Assembly: GCA_963811105.1 (NCBI GenBank)
Contig: CAWEPZ010000011.1
Location: 896,001 to 960,000 of the forward strand
Length of the DNA: 64,000 nucleotides
Reading direction: 5' to 3'
From: Candidatus Bathyarchaeota archaeon
GTDB lineage: Archaea; Thermoproteota; Bathyarchaeia; Bathyarchaeales; Bathycorpusculaceae
Part shown: one piece after another, positions 1-9,828 of the stretch
How positions within the stretch are numbered: the first letter of the stretch is position 1
Layout of the letters: every line of letters begins with the position of its first letter
Translations under genes and position numbers: made by a program
Notes under the pieces: generated by a model
Database searches by the model: none
What the model was told of the DNA's origin: nothing
What the model saw: the letters and a program-made list of their open reading frames with translations, nothing else

Positions 1-1138
1 AGATTTCAAAGGCTTGATTTCGTTGGTCTTCTTGCAGATTTGCAATTTGCTTGTTTATGCTCAAGTTGTTCTCGATTAATCGCTGTTCTAACTTTTCCAT
101 GTGATTTCTCAGTGCTTCATTCTGGGTTTCCAAGTTGGTTATTTTTATCTGGCTGTCAACTAAGGCATCTTCTAATTCCATCAGTTTTCTTGTTCTTGCG
201 CCATTGCCGTTAATCAACAAATCCTTCATTGCCCTTCCAAAAACCCCTCTGAGTTGGTCGGTGCTTAGGTATGCGCCTTCACCTATTGCTTTGCCTACGA
301 TTTGTTTCCAACTTGATTCGCCACAGTAAGCACTCAAACGGTCAATCAAGAATTTACGCAAGCAATGAAAGCGAATTCGTTTGCCGTGAACCGTTCCGTG
401 TTCATCAATTTCCATCCCTGCCTTTTTCGCTAAAGTTTGCAAAACCACGCTTAGGTTATCCTCTGTATCATCGAGAATTCTATCAGAATCTTTTGCTTCT
501 TTGTGGCTGTCTAACCACGCCTTAACAATTGGCACAGCGTCACTGTCTAAAAATGGGAATGCCTTCACGGATTCCTTTTTTGTGTTGATTTGCCCTAAAC
601 TTAACGGTGCTTCATTTTCTAATGTGAGGCTTCTAAATGTTCCATAGGTTAGGCTAACAAAGTCACTTGCTCGAAGTCCAAGAGATTTCCCAACAAGCAA
701 AACGTAGCGTTCCTTGAGGTTTCCGCAAAGAGCCATTTTTGCAAGGTCTTCTTTGTCGAAAAGATAATCTGTTGTAGTGCGGCTTTTAGCAGTCAATTTG
801 CGTGAATCATTTTTTCTAAACATAAGCGGCATTCGATAATAACTGTAGAACCCTCTTATCGTCATTATTGAGCCTACAGCGTAATTCTCTGATTTGTGTT
901 TTCCATTTTTTCCTAATAAACTCAAAATGTGCTTTCGATAATTTAGCATCGAGTTTTCTACTTGAAAAGTCGTGTCGGCTTTTTTGATGTCTAAAAGTTC
1001 TTGCCCTGTTTTCTGAGTATATTCGAGATATTGCTTCATCACAGTTTTGTAACTTTTGAAAGTTCCTGCTTTTGTTTGGCTGTTTAAAAATTCATCAACT
1101 ACAGGGTCATTCAGGTTTGATTTCATATCATAGCTCAT
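1..1138 (-). CDS. Tyrosine recombinase/integrase, 3' end beyond the window start; absent from the ORF track
   Basis: Manual translation of the minus strand from ATG 1138 (or 1126) is open to base 1: MSYDMKSNLNDPVVDEFLNSQTKAGTFKSYK... It has box I GKSLGLRASDF, box II RIRFHCLRKF, a candidate catalytic Tyr in IGEGAYL and a coiled-coil tail. Confidence 0.88.
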   Translation of the reverse strand, partial: MSYDMKSNLNDPVVDEFLNSQTKAGTFKSYKTVMKQYLEYTQKTGQELLDIKKADTTFQVENSMLNYRKHILSLLGKNGKHKSENYAVGSIMTIRGFYSYYRMPLMFRKNDSRKLTAKSRTTTDYLFDKEDLAKMALCGNLKERYVLLVGKSLGLRASDFVSLTYGTFRSLTLENEAPLSLGQINTKKESVKAFPFLDSDAVPIVKAWLDSHKEAKDSDRILDDTEDNLSVVLQTLAKKAGMEIDEHGTVHGKRIRFHCLRKFLIDRLSAYCGESSWKQIVGKAIGEGAYLSTDQLRGVFGRAMKDLLINGNGARTRKLMELEDALVDSQIKITNLETQNEALRNHMEKLEQRLIENNLSINKQIANLQEDQRNQAFEI

Positions 1139-1219
1139 TTTATGTTCAAATCCATTTATGGTTTATGAATTTGAACTAACTGCAAAAAACCGCAATCATT
1201 CAGGGCTAATTAAAATTTA
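1134..1219 (-). repeat. Conserved non-coding element, copy 1, immediately upstream of the integrase
   Basis: Minus strand reads TAAATTTTAATTAGCCCTGAATGATTGCGG-ttttttgcag-TTAGTTCAAATTCATAAACCATAAATGGATTTGAACATAAAATGAG. It aligns with copies at 33651, 34191 and 35343 and contains the inverted repeat GTTCAAAT...ATTTGAAC. Confidence 0.8.
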
Positions 1220-1742
1220 ACCTAACTCTTTTTAAAGCATTAAAGCACTTTGGAATGGGGAAAGATTAATCGGCTTAACATTATTCTTCGTATTTGAAGG
1301 GTAATGCGTCATTTTTAAGCCAATGCTTGTCCGACCTACTTCTGAACCTTTTCGAGCAAGTTAGGATTTTTGAGATTAACTGGTGATGGCTTCAGAGCTC
1401 GGATTGACCCAGAATTTGTTTGCGAAGTAATCTACCAAGATGTCACCCGAGATTGTAAGTTAAGGGCATCCTGCCTCCATATGCTAAGGACTTAGGAGTA
1501 ATTTGAGGAATGCTGCTCGAGCTTATTTACTTCGTCTATTTTCTTTTCAAATTCTTCACCCATAATTGTTTTTCACCTTTAGCGAGTTAGCTTTCTCTGT
1601 CTCTAAGTTAACGCTTACAAAATTTTCGCGCTCATTTTTGGTCGAAAATAGCGATTGAAAAGTTCCGTCAAAACTAAAACTTTAGGTTCTTTCTTCGGCT
1701 AAGCAAAATAAGTTCCATTTTCTAAAAACAGGTTTTGGCCCA

Positions 1743-1976
1743 CTATTTTTTTTCCGTGTCGGAGGATCGGTTCAATTTCAAAACAATTAACATTAAGGAT
1801 ACGAAAATCAAAGCAATTAATGAACCTGCGATGCTCCTTTCAATTGAACTTTGTGCTTTGCAAAACCAAATTGCAAAAAGAACTTCTGCAACTAAAAGCA
1901 TTACGGTAAGGAGCGGATATGGTCCAGATATTTTGGCTGGGTTTATTCTGTTTTTCTCCAACATGATTCTTGGCAA
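1743..1976 (-). CDS. Small two-TM membrane protein, unknown function
   Basis: GGTGA RBS before TTG, two hydrophobic stretches and a basic tail. Confidence 0.6.
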   Translation of the reverse strand: MPRIMLEKNRINPAKISGPYPLLTVMLLVAEVLFAIWFCKAQSSIERSIAGSLIALIFVSLMLIVLKLNRSSDTEKK

Positions 1977-2648
1977 CTGGTTTCACCACAAGAGAAGCAG
2001 TCTCAAAAACTTGCTTATTACATTAATTGAGGGCAAAACTGCCGGTTTGATCCGTGGCAAAATTCTTCGGTATGCAGAAACATCATGGGCAAAATTTTGT
2101 GGAAGACCCTATTTATGCAAAATTTTTGTTCTCACGGAACAAGTGAAGAGACCAAGGAGTTTCTTTAGGTATTTTGTTAGGGTGCTTTTTGCATGCCGAA
2201 ATGTTTTATCGGTCACATTTCTACCTTACGAAATTAAAAAATTGTGCATCGATATTTATTGCGGCGGGCGTCTTCTCACTAGAACAGTCTCGAAACTTTT
2301 GTGGTAATCAAGGTGCCGACTTTCAGACAATGAAAAAGTTAAACTTTCGTTGTTTCTCAGAACATATATTATTAGTTCCTTATTTTGAAGAGGTTTAAGC
2401 AAATCAGGATATTCTCTATGAAAAACAAGCGTTTACCAGAAAGATGCCGCCGGAATGCCGGATGCGGCTAGCGAACGAATTGTTGAATTGGTGAGAAATG
2501 GTTTGAAGCATGCAGATAAGAAAGCGGAAATAATTTCAGGAAAAGATAGTTGCCCCTTTTTACCCTAAATCATATAAGCGTTTGTTCAAGAATAAACTAC
2601 CCTGCGAAGCTTTTCGAGCTTAGCATAAAACACAAGGGGAAAATAAAA

Positions 2649-5096
2649 ATATCAACAAATAAGAAACTTGCTGCAATTTTGGCTTTTCTAATGATTTCTG
2701 TTATTATAATAGCAATACCGGTTGTGCCGGTTAAAGCTCAACTTGCTACACAACAACCAATCGTTGGACCATTACCCTCCGGTATTACTACTAATGCAAC
2801 GACTAATCCTGACATCAAAGCTTTCCTTAGCTTTAGACCTAATCCTGTAGGTGTTGGTCAGACTGTCCTAGTTAACGTTTGGACTACTCCTGCACCTGGA
2901 GCGGGTAGAATGCACCGAGACTACACTGTTACGATTACCAAGCCTGATGGAAGTACTGATGTAAGAAAGCTTAACACTTATCCTAACGATGGAACCGCCT
3001 GGTTTGAGTTTGTGCCTGATGTTGCAGGAAAATGGACACTCAAGTTTGACTTCCTTGGCGACTACTTCCCAGCTGGCTACTATATTGATGGCAATGTTGT
3101 CACAAGCTCTGCTGGCGCTACACAGTACACCGAGTCAGTTTATTACCCGCCGGCTTCAACTCCAGTTCAATCACTTGACGTACAGCAAGGTTTGCTGGTG
3201 GCTTCTTGGCCTCTATCACCCCTCCCGACAGACTATTGGACGCGCCCAGTAACAGCAATGAATAGAGAGTGGGCTGCAGTTGCAGGCAACTATCCATGGC
3301 CATATGGAAATGACGGCTATGACTACGCCGGACCGTTTGTAACCGCTCCGAATAGTGCGCACATAGTTTGGAAAAAACAACAGAACCTTAATGGTCTTGT
3401 AGGCGGCGAAATGGGTTCACGGTTCGTGGGCAGCAGAGAAACAACTGGCTATGGCTATCCAACCGTAATTTACTTTGGTAGAGGCTATCAGACAATGACA
3501 TTGCCGATCGATGGAGTACCTACAAGTTGTGCAGTTTCATATGACATTAGAACCGGCGAGATCTACTATTCAAGACCTGGCGGCGAAACACCAACAATTC
3601 TTTCATATACTCCTGATCCTCCAACTGCGGCAGAATTACTATCGATAGGCGCTCGGTTATTGAAGATTGATCCTTGGACAGGCGCTGTGACAACTAACGT
3701 TACCGGGATGACAGGAACATTCCACAGCGGACATTACGTATTAAGCGTTCAAACAAACAATACCGCTGCTGGCTACCGGTTGATCAACTGGACTACTAGC
3801 GGAACCAGCACTGACTTTCGTTCGAGAATAATAAGCAACATTTCATGGCCGTGGACTAATCTCGGCACAGTTCAAGATTTCAACGCGGGCATAGCAGTGC
3901 AAATATCAAACGTCGTTTCAGGAGGAGCTTATGTTGGGCAGACTTTAAGGGCTGAAAACTTGGTGACAGGGCAGTCGCTCTGGAATAAGTCGATCAGTGA
4001 ACCTTTATTCAGCGGGTCATGCAACGTAGCAGACAACGGAATGGTAGCTGTGCACTCAGATAGAGGCTATTTCTTAGCTTTCAATCTTAACACTGGACAG
4101 CAGGTATGGCAGAGTGAAACATTTGATTATCCATGGGATGAACCTGGGTTTGGAGCTTATGATATTGCTTCAGCATACGGTTTGATAATCAGGTCGGCTT
4201 ACACAGGCGTTTACGCTGTAAATTGGACGAATGGTAAAATAGCTTGGAAGTACGAAGCCCCAGCTGGATCACCGTACGAAACCCCATATGTTGATACTAA
4301 TGGTACAACTGTTAATTCTTGGAACGGCGGAATCCTTGTTGCTGACGGCAAAGTCTATGATTACAATACTGAGCATTCGCCATCACAACCTATCACTAGA
4401 GGGTGGAAACTGCATGCGATCAATGCAACAACAGGTGAGGGCATTTGGAGTATCTTAGGATTGTCAACTTCAAGAAACTTCGGAGGGTCGGCTGCTGACG
4501 GTTATCTCGCATTTGATAACTTATACGATGCGTACTTGTATGTCTTTGGCAAGGGTAAAACCGCGACAACGGTAACTGCACCCGACGTTGTAGTAGCTAA
4601 AGGAAACGGAGTAGTGATCAAAGGCACAGTGCTTGATATGTCTCCAGCTCAACCCAACACGCCATGCGTTTCCAAGGCATCAATGGAAACACAAATGGAA
4701 TACTTACATATGCAGATGCCGATCGGCGGACTTTGGGGCAACGCAACAATAGCTGGCATACCAGTAACACTAACAGCAATTGATCCAAATGGAAATACAG
4801 TCAATATTGGCACAGTTACAACAAACGGATACTACGGAACCTTCTCTAAGTCATGGACTCCAGATATAGAAGGCGACTACCAAATCATTGCATCATTTGC
4901 AGGAGACGACTCGTATGGCAGCTCTTCAGCGTCAACAGGCATTTCAATAAGCGAAACTGTAGCAACGACCACGCCACAACCTGCAGCAGCAATTCCAGAC
5001 TACACAATGACAATCATAGCCGGAGTAATCGCCATAATAATTGCAGTCCTAATCGTAGGCGTAGCCATCGTGCTGATACTAAGAAAACGAGCATAA
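2649..5096 (+). CDS. Secreted, membrane-anchored PQQ-like beta-propeller protein (paralog 1)
   Basis: Signal peptide, LSFRPNPVGVGQ, PTDYWTRP, ADGKVY, KGTVLDMSPAQP and a C-terminal TM ending LRKRA. The start is placed at ATA 2649 by alignment with paralog 2; the ORF track uses TTG 2550. Confidence 0.85.
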   Translation: MSTNKKLAAILAFLMISVIIIAIPVVPVKAQLATQQPIVGPLPSGITTNATTNPDIKAFLSFRPNPVGVGQTVLVNVWTTPAPGAGRMHRDYTVTITKPDGSTDVRKLNTYPNDGTAWFEFVPDVAGKWTLKFDFLGDYFPAGYYIDGNVVTSSAGATQYTESVYYPPASTPVQSLDVQQGLLVASWPLSPLPTDYWTRPVTAMNREWAAVAGNYPWPYGNDGYDYAGPFVTAPNSAHIVWKKQQNLNGLVGGEMGSRFVGSRETTGYGYPTVIYFGRGYQTMTLPIDGVPTSCAVSYDIRTGEIYYSRPGGETPTILSYTPDPPTAAELLSIGARLLKIDPWTGAVTTNVTGMTGTFHSGHYVLSVQTNNTAAGYRLINWTTSGTSTDFRSRIISNISWPWTNLGTVQDFNAGIAVQISNVVSGGAYVGQTLRAENLVTGQSLWNKSISEPLFSGSCNVADNGMVAVHSDRGYFLAFNLNTGQQVWQSETFDYPWDEPGFGAYDIASAYGLIIRSAYTGVYAVNWTNGKIAWKYEAPAGSPYETPYVDTNGTTVNSWNGGILVADGKVYDYNTEHSPSQPITRGWKLHAINATTGEGIWSILGLSTSRNFGGSAADGYLAFDNLYDAYLYVFGKGKTATTVTAPDVVVAKGNGVVIKGTVLDMSPAQPNTPCVSKASMETQMEYLHMQMPIGGLWGNATIAGIPVTLTAIDPNGNTVNIGTVTTNGYYGTFSKSWTPDIEGDYQIIASFAGDDSYGSSSASTGISISETVATTTPQPAAAIPDYTMTIIAGVIAIIIAVLIVGVAIVLILRKRA

Positions 5097-5196
5097 CTCG
5101 GAATAAAACAGCAACTACTTCCCTTTTTCTTTACTCTTAACTATTATTATTACAAGTAAGAAGCTGAGTAGGCTCTATTAGCAAGCAATTAAGAAA
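5082..5196 (+). repeat. 3' flank shared with 14455-14571: T-rich terminator-like tract plus small hairpin
   Basis: AGAAAACGAGCATAA..CTCG..AAAACAGC..TTCCCTTTTTCTTTA..GCTGAG(T/C)AGGCTCTATTAGC follows both paralogs 1 and 2. Confidence 0.75.
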
Positions 5197-5349
5197 GATT
5201 TCCAAGATTTGATTAACAAAGCGTTCCTTGTTGCCACTCTGGGAGAAATACACTGTGGACATAGTCAGCTATAATTGAGAAATACTTCTTCCAACTTAAA
5301 CCTGTTTCCAAATATGTCCACGCCTAGGTCTCACAAACTTATCGTTGGG

Positions 5350-5698
5350 TCGTTAAATGTAAGATACATAGAAACTAGAGTAATGGATAAGTTCATGCAG
5401 ACAGAAATAACACAAGCGCTTAAGACTATAGTTTTCAAACTTTTGAAAATGAATGTGATCTAGGATTTAGTGACGAGAAAAAATACTCAGATCACATGGA
5501 AATGTGTTTCCAGGCAAGCACTTATTGTATGACGGCTCAACGCTACTTGACTTAGATAGGAACATTCATTCGGGTCTGGCGGAGGACTATGTTTTAGCAA
5601 TTGACACTAAAACTGACGCACGTCTCCCAGCAGACTATAATTTGAGACATAAAGATGTAATAAAAATCCAAACACATGCTATGAAAAAAAGTGCTTAA
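5350..5698 (+). pseudogene. 3' remnant of an archaeal YchF/Obg-family GTPase (TGS domain)
   Basis: Broken frames read TQALKTIVFKLLKMNVI / SDEKKYSDH / GNVFP / DGSTLLDL..NIHSGLAEDYVLAID..RLPADYNLRHKDVIKI. There is no G domain. Confidence 0.65.
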
Positions 5699-5702
5699 GA
5701 AA

Positions 5703-7271
5703 TTAAGAGCGTCTCAGATATTCAATGCAGGCTTTGTAACCCGTTACTAGTGCCTCGCCACTTGCCTTGAGAATGTTGTACGACAATCCCTGTGAAGACC
5801 ATGGGTTGCCGTGGACTGATATACTGACGTTCGCCCTGACCCTGGATTTGGTACCCTTGCTTATGTCTACTACGTCCACATAGAAGTCAGTAAGTTCCAT
5901 GTCACTTAACTCGGGATGAGTCTTCCTTAGGCATCTCCTCAATGCCTTGTCGAATGAATTGACGGGACCTTTCCCGAATTCAATAAAGGCCTCTGTCTTT
6001 GCACCAAGATCCATTGCCACAAGTCCATATGAAACAGGACGTTCCTTACCTTCCCAAGCTGAAGCCATCTCGCATGAAGTAACATTGAAGGGGTCCGCCC
6101 AATCGTTCTTAGACTCGAGCATCATGATATAGAGGTTCGCATCCGCCTTCTCGAACTGGTAGCCCATCCTGGATTTTCTCTTGACATTCCCCATGACTAA
6201 TCCCGCTTCCTCCATGCTCAGGTCGATCCCAAACTCCTTTGCCTTCGCAATGAAGCTGTGTCTTCCGGACATCTCTGATCCATAGAGTTTCATAAAATTA
6301 CCCACGTCCTCGGGCCTGAAATGGAGGTACATCTCAGGGTGCTTGGAATGAGTACCCGCCTTAGTTGCAGTTGCATCATCTCCGACATAAGGTCGGTCTT
6401 CGCGGACAGGTAGATGAAGCAGTGCATTTGTAGTATCAGAAATATTTTTCAGCTTTGTCAGGTCCCTAGACTTTACAGTAACGTAGCCCATCTTCAACTC
6501 CAAGTTCGGAATGATCTCCATAAGGTCCGCGTTGCCCGTCCTCTCGCCCACTCCATTGACCGTTCCCTGCACGTGGGTCACTCCTGCCTCGACGGCGGCA
6601 AGGGTGTTTGCAACTGCAAGCCCGCAGTCGTTATGAGCATGTATTCCCATGGGCACTCCTGACCTCTTGAATTCCTTCATGACGTATTCGACAGTTTCCC
6701 TAAGCTGAGTCATCATCGTTCCGCCGTCTGTGTCGCAAAGCACCAAAGGGTACGCTCCTGCAGATTCTGCCATCCTGAGGCATTCCATTGCGTAGTTACA
6801 ATCACGTCTGAATCCTTTGAAGAAATGCTCGGCGTCGAAGATGACCTGCTTTATGTTAGGCTGCTTCTTGAGGTAGTTAATCGAGTCGTAAATCATGTTC
6901 AAGTTTTCTTTAGGTTTCGCGCCTAGTTCGGCCGTCACATGCAAGGGGTCAGTCTTTCCGAAAAGTGTGACTACTTCTGCCTGGGTTTCAACTAGGCATG
7001 CGAGGTTAGGGTCCTTATCGACGCTGATTCCCTTCCTCTTTGTCATGCCGAACGCTGAGATCTTTGAATTCTTCAAGCTCAGATTTCGAGCGTCTTTGAA
7101 CGCCTTCATGTCCTTTGAAGATCGGGATGGAAAGCCTAGCTCGATTATTTGAACACCAAGGTCATCTAGCATCTTTACGAGTTCCATCATGTCCGGCTCT
7201 GAGATGTTGGCTCTTATGTTCTGTCTTCCATCCCTGAGGGTTGTATCTAAAATCTCAACTTGTCTATTCAT
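5703..7271 (-). CDS. cimA: Citramalate synthase / alpha-isopropylmalate synthase family (DRE-TIM with LeuA-type regulatory domain)
   Basis: LDTTLRDG.Q, IFDAEHFF, LCDTDGG, GIHAHND.G.AVAN, QGTVNGVGERTGNA and C-terminal GKGPVNSFDKALR. Confidence 0.8.
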   Translation of the reverse strand: MNRQVEILDTTLRDGRQNIRANISEPDMMELVKMLDDLGVQIIELGFPSRSSKDMKAFKDARNLSLKNSKISAFGMTKRKGISVDKDPNLACLVETQAEVVTLFGKTDPLHVTAELGAKPKENLNMIYDSINYLKKQPNIKQVIFDAEHFFKGFRRDCNYAMECLRMAESAGAYPLVLCDTDGGTMMTQLRETVEYVMKEFKRSGVPMGIHAHNDCGLAVANTLAAVEAGVTHVQGTVNGVGERTGNADLMEIIPNLELKMGYVTVKSRDLTKLKNISDTTNALLHLPVREDRPYVGDDATATKAGTHSKHPEMYLHFRPEDVGNFMKLYGSEMSGRHSFIAKAKEFGIDLSMEEAGLVMGNVKRKSRMGYQFEKADANLYIMMLESKNDWADPFNVTSCEMASAWEGKERPVSYGLVAMDLGAKTEAFIEFGKGPVNSFDKALRRCLRKTHPELSDMELTDFYVDVVDISKGTKSRVRANVSISVHGNPWSSQGLSYNILKASGEALVTGYKACIEYLRRS

Positions 7272-7687
7272 CTATGCACCTCTACTGAAATAAGAGGATA
7301 AGAATAAGAATTCATTCGATTTGGCTTTTCGTTTTTTTTCATAAGTTATGCTATAATGTATCGTTGTCTGTTCATAACATTTTCGTCGTCTAAATTCAAG
7401 TTGGTACAATCGGAACTATTTGTGTACGACCTTACTCGCTAACTCATCTTTTATAATATTTAAAAGATGATTGAAGAAATGATTTCTAAGACTGCTTTCA
7501 GTGACTATAAGATCGAGGGAAAAGTATACTTGACCTACAATTGTGGCAAGAGGTAAAAGTTGAGTGATGCAGAATTTAACATTGCATAAATGTAGACTAA
7601 TATGCAATGTATTCGCTATTACTCTATGAGTTTCGCAGTTTTCCTATTTTGGACCTCTGTGACGCTTTTTGGACGGCTTCGACTTTG

Positions 7688-7999
7688 TCAAGCTGTTATA
7701 TTTACTTGGATCTCGCTGAGTTTTCTTTGTGTTCTGTGTAGTTTTTTTGCTTTGAAGGCGCCGCACGCGATACCAGGTCTGTGGTCTTTGGCACAAATTG
7801 GGATGCCATCTACGTTCTCAAAATTTGAGCATTTTAGGCAGAAGGTGTTGTAAAGATTGTTTGCTTTGGCTTTTCTGTTGCGGGGTTTAAACTCGGGGCA
7901 GCATACTGATGGCCCGTGGTGCATGGCGCATAATGCCACTCTTTCTATGTCTCTTCGATCTTCGAAGTTTGCGCAATCTCTGCAGCTTTCAATGACCAT
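7688..7999 (-). CDS. Small Cys/His-rich protein with two tandem putative Zn-binding repeats
   Basis: CRDCANFE...LCAMHHGPSVCCPEFK and CLKCSNFE...ICAKDHRPGIACGAFK. Start taken at MVIES. Confidence 0.7.
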   Translation of the reverse strand: MVIESCRDCANFEDRRDIERVALCAMHHGPSVCCPEFKPRNRKAKANNLYNTFCLKCSNFENVDGIPICAKDHRPGIACGAFKAKKLHRTQRKLSEIQVNITA

Positions 8000-8190
8000 A
8001 TTTTGCCTCATAATTAACATGCTGTGACCTAATGAAAAGCATTTCTCACATTTAACTGAACAAATGTCCACACCAAAACGGCACTTATGTTCGCATGAGA
8101 AAAAACAGTCCAAACGAGAATATTCCTCTGAGAGAGAAACTTTATGCTATCGAGAACAAGAGTGGTGCACTACGATTAGTCTTTCTAAGC

Positions 8191-8316
8191 CTATCTTGAC
8201 TTTTGTCTTTCAACTCGGTCAAGTTTCTTCTTTTTGCGGGCATCTTTACGCTCTTTCTTTTTTCGAGGCTGAGGCTTTCCTCGGTCTTGTTCTCCTGTCT
8301 CCCCTCTCTTACTCAT
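8191..8316 (-). CDS. 41-aa Lys/Arg-rich peptide coupled to TFB
   Basis: MSKRGETGEQDRGKPQPRKKKERKDARKKKKLDRVERQKSR*. Its ATG overlaps the TFB stop (ATGA). It is below the ORF-track cutoff. Confidence 0.5.
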   Translation of the reverse strand: MSKRGETGEQDRGKPQPRKKKERKDARKKKKLDRVERQKSR

Positions 8317-9363
8317 CTCATAGTCTCCAATTTAGATAAAAGGAACGAATCATTCTCATTTGTAAAGATGTGCTTTGCCGTCATACAATTCAGCTGAAGC
8401 TTTTGATCGGGTGTTTTGAGGTTTAGCTGAATCTTTAGTGCTTTGTATCTGTTTCTTACTGTGACTTCTGTGACTCCGGCTGCGTCTGCGAGGTCTCTTT
8501 GCGTTATCTTTTCGTTGTTCTGTAGACAAGCAATGTAGAGTGCGGCTGCTGCCATGCCCATTGGGTCTTTTCCTGCTCCAACTCGTCTTCGTTTAGCCTC
8601 TCTGAGTATTGCAATTGCAGAACCCTGTGTTTTGCCCGAAGTCTGCTGTTTTTTCTGCAATTTTAGAAACATACGTTAGCGGGTCAGAGATTGGCATTTG
8701 AAAATTGAGTTCTTGCAGCAGCATTCGATAGCATCTTGCAACGTCTTTTTTGTCTACTAGGCTTGCGTTGGCGATTTCGCGTAGGCTTCTGGGTGATCCG
8801 CTTTTGCGGCAAGCAGCGTATAGTGCTGCGGCGGCGATGGAGTTGATTGATCTTCCGCGGACTAGGGCTTTGTCTAATGCTTTGCGGTATATTACTGCGG
8901 CTTTTTCTTTTATTGGTGGGGAAATGTTTACTTTGCTTGATAGTCGTTCAAGTTCTGCCATGGCTTGTGCGAGGTTTCGGTCGCTGGATGAGTGTACTCG
9001 GCTTCGTATTTGCCATTTTCTTAGGCGCCACATTTGTAGTCTTGTTGATAGGGGTAGTTTTCTTCCGAAGGCGTCTCTGTCGACTTGGCTGATGGTTGTG
9101 GATAATCCTTTGTCGTGAATTGAGTAGGATGTTGGCATGCCGACGCGGCTTTTTGATGTGTGCTCTTCTTGGGTGAAAGCGCGCCATTCCGGGCCTTTGT
9201 CTAGCATTTGCTCGTATAAGACAAGGCCGCAGTCGCCGCAGATGGATTCGCCTGTGTCGTAGTCGTGTACGAGATTATTGCTTGAACATTCAGGACAAAT
9301 TTCAGCTAAGCGCTGATGCATTTTCGGAACTTCTTTAGTTGTAATAATTTGGGTTAAACTCAT
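8313..9363 (-). CDS. tfb: Transcription initiation factor IIB, with one frameshift near 8645
   Basis: Zn ribbon CPEC..CGDCG, B-reader GPEWRAF, cyclin repeats (LVRGRSI, GKDPMGMAAAALY, GVTEVTVRNRYK). Split between ORFs 8593-9450 and 8313-8672. Confidence 0.93.
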
Positions 9364-9828
9364 TTTACCTACTCCATTCATTGCCCAGAACGTCACTAAA
9401 TCATAAAATCCCGATTTAAGGTAAAGAAAATGATAATGCGATCCGCGCAATATAAGTAAGAAGAACGCGGGTAGTTATTATACATGATTTGCTAAAACCA
9501 TTAAATTCATGTACAATATGCCGTGTCCGCGAACGTTGTCCAGCAACAGTGTGCTAAAGGCATCCTATGCAATTCAGTGTGTTTATGACAATTAAAGTGG
9601 AGGCTAATTTAAGATTGAAGGCAGACTGCAATTTTAGAGGGTGCTGAAGGCGCAAGATAAAGAATGTATATCTAATCTTGTAATATTCTAGAGCGGTCAG
9701 TCAAAAAGACAGCAGCGGGGATGAGCAAAATTGAAATTTGGCACCCTAAATCTACAGAGGAGCTAACTATTGGCGAAGAGAACCCTACGGACCAAATTTG
9801 CAGAACTTAAATTGAAAGCTGGAGGAGA

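Noticed and set aside
135-525. Plus-strand ORFs 135-329 and 271-525
   Set aside because: They are antisense shadows of the integrase.
1144-1153. GTTCAAATCC (and TTCGAATCC at 35354) resembling a tRNA T-loop or tRNA-derived att site
   Set aside because: No T-stem, acceptor stem or cloverleaf around either; they are better explained as part of the four-copy repeat.
1320-1565. Short minus-strand ORF MGEEFEKK... with a GGTGA RBS
   Set aside because: It stops after 23 codons and the continuation is broken, so it cannot be assigned.
2031-2130. Four GCAAAA(T) words at 24-32 bp spacing as iterons or a mini-CRISPR
   Set aside because: Too short and irregular in AT-rich DNA; no cas genes or constant repeat length.
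1735-2398. Plus-strand ORFs 1735-2307 and 2174-2398
   Set aside because: No RBS or motif, and the first overlaps a better-supported minus-strand membrane protein.
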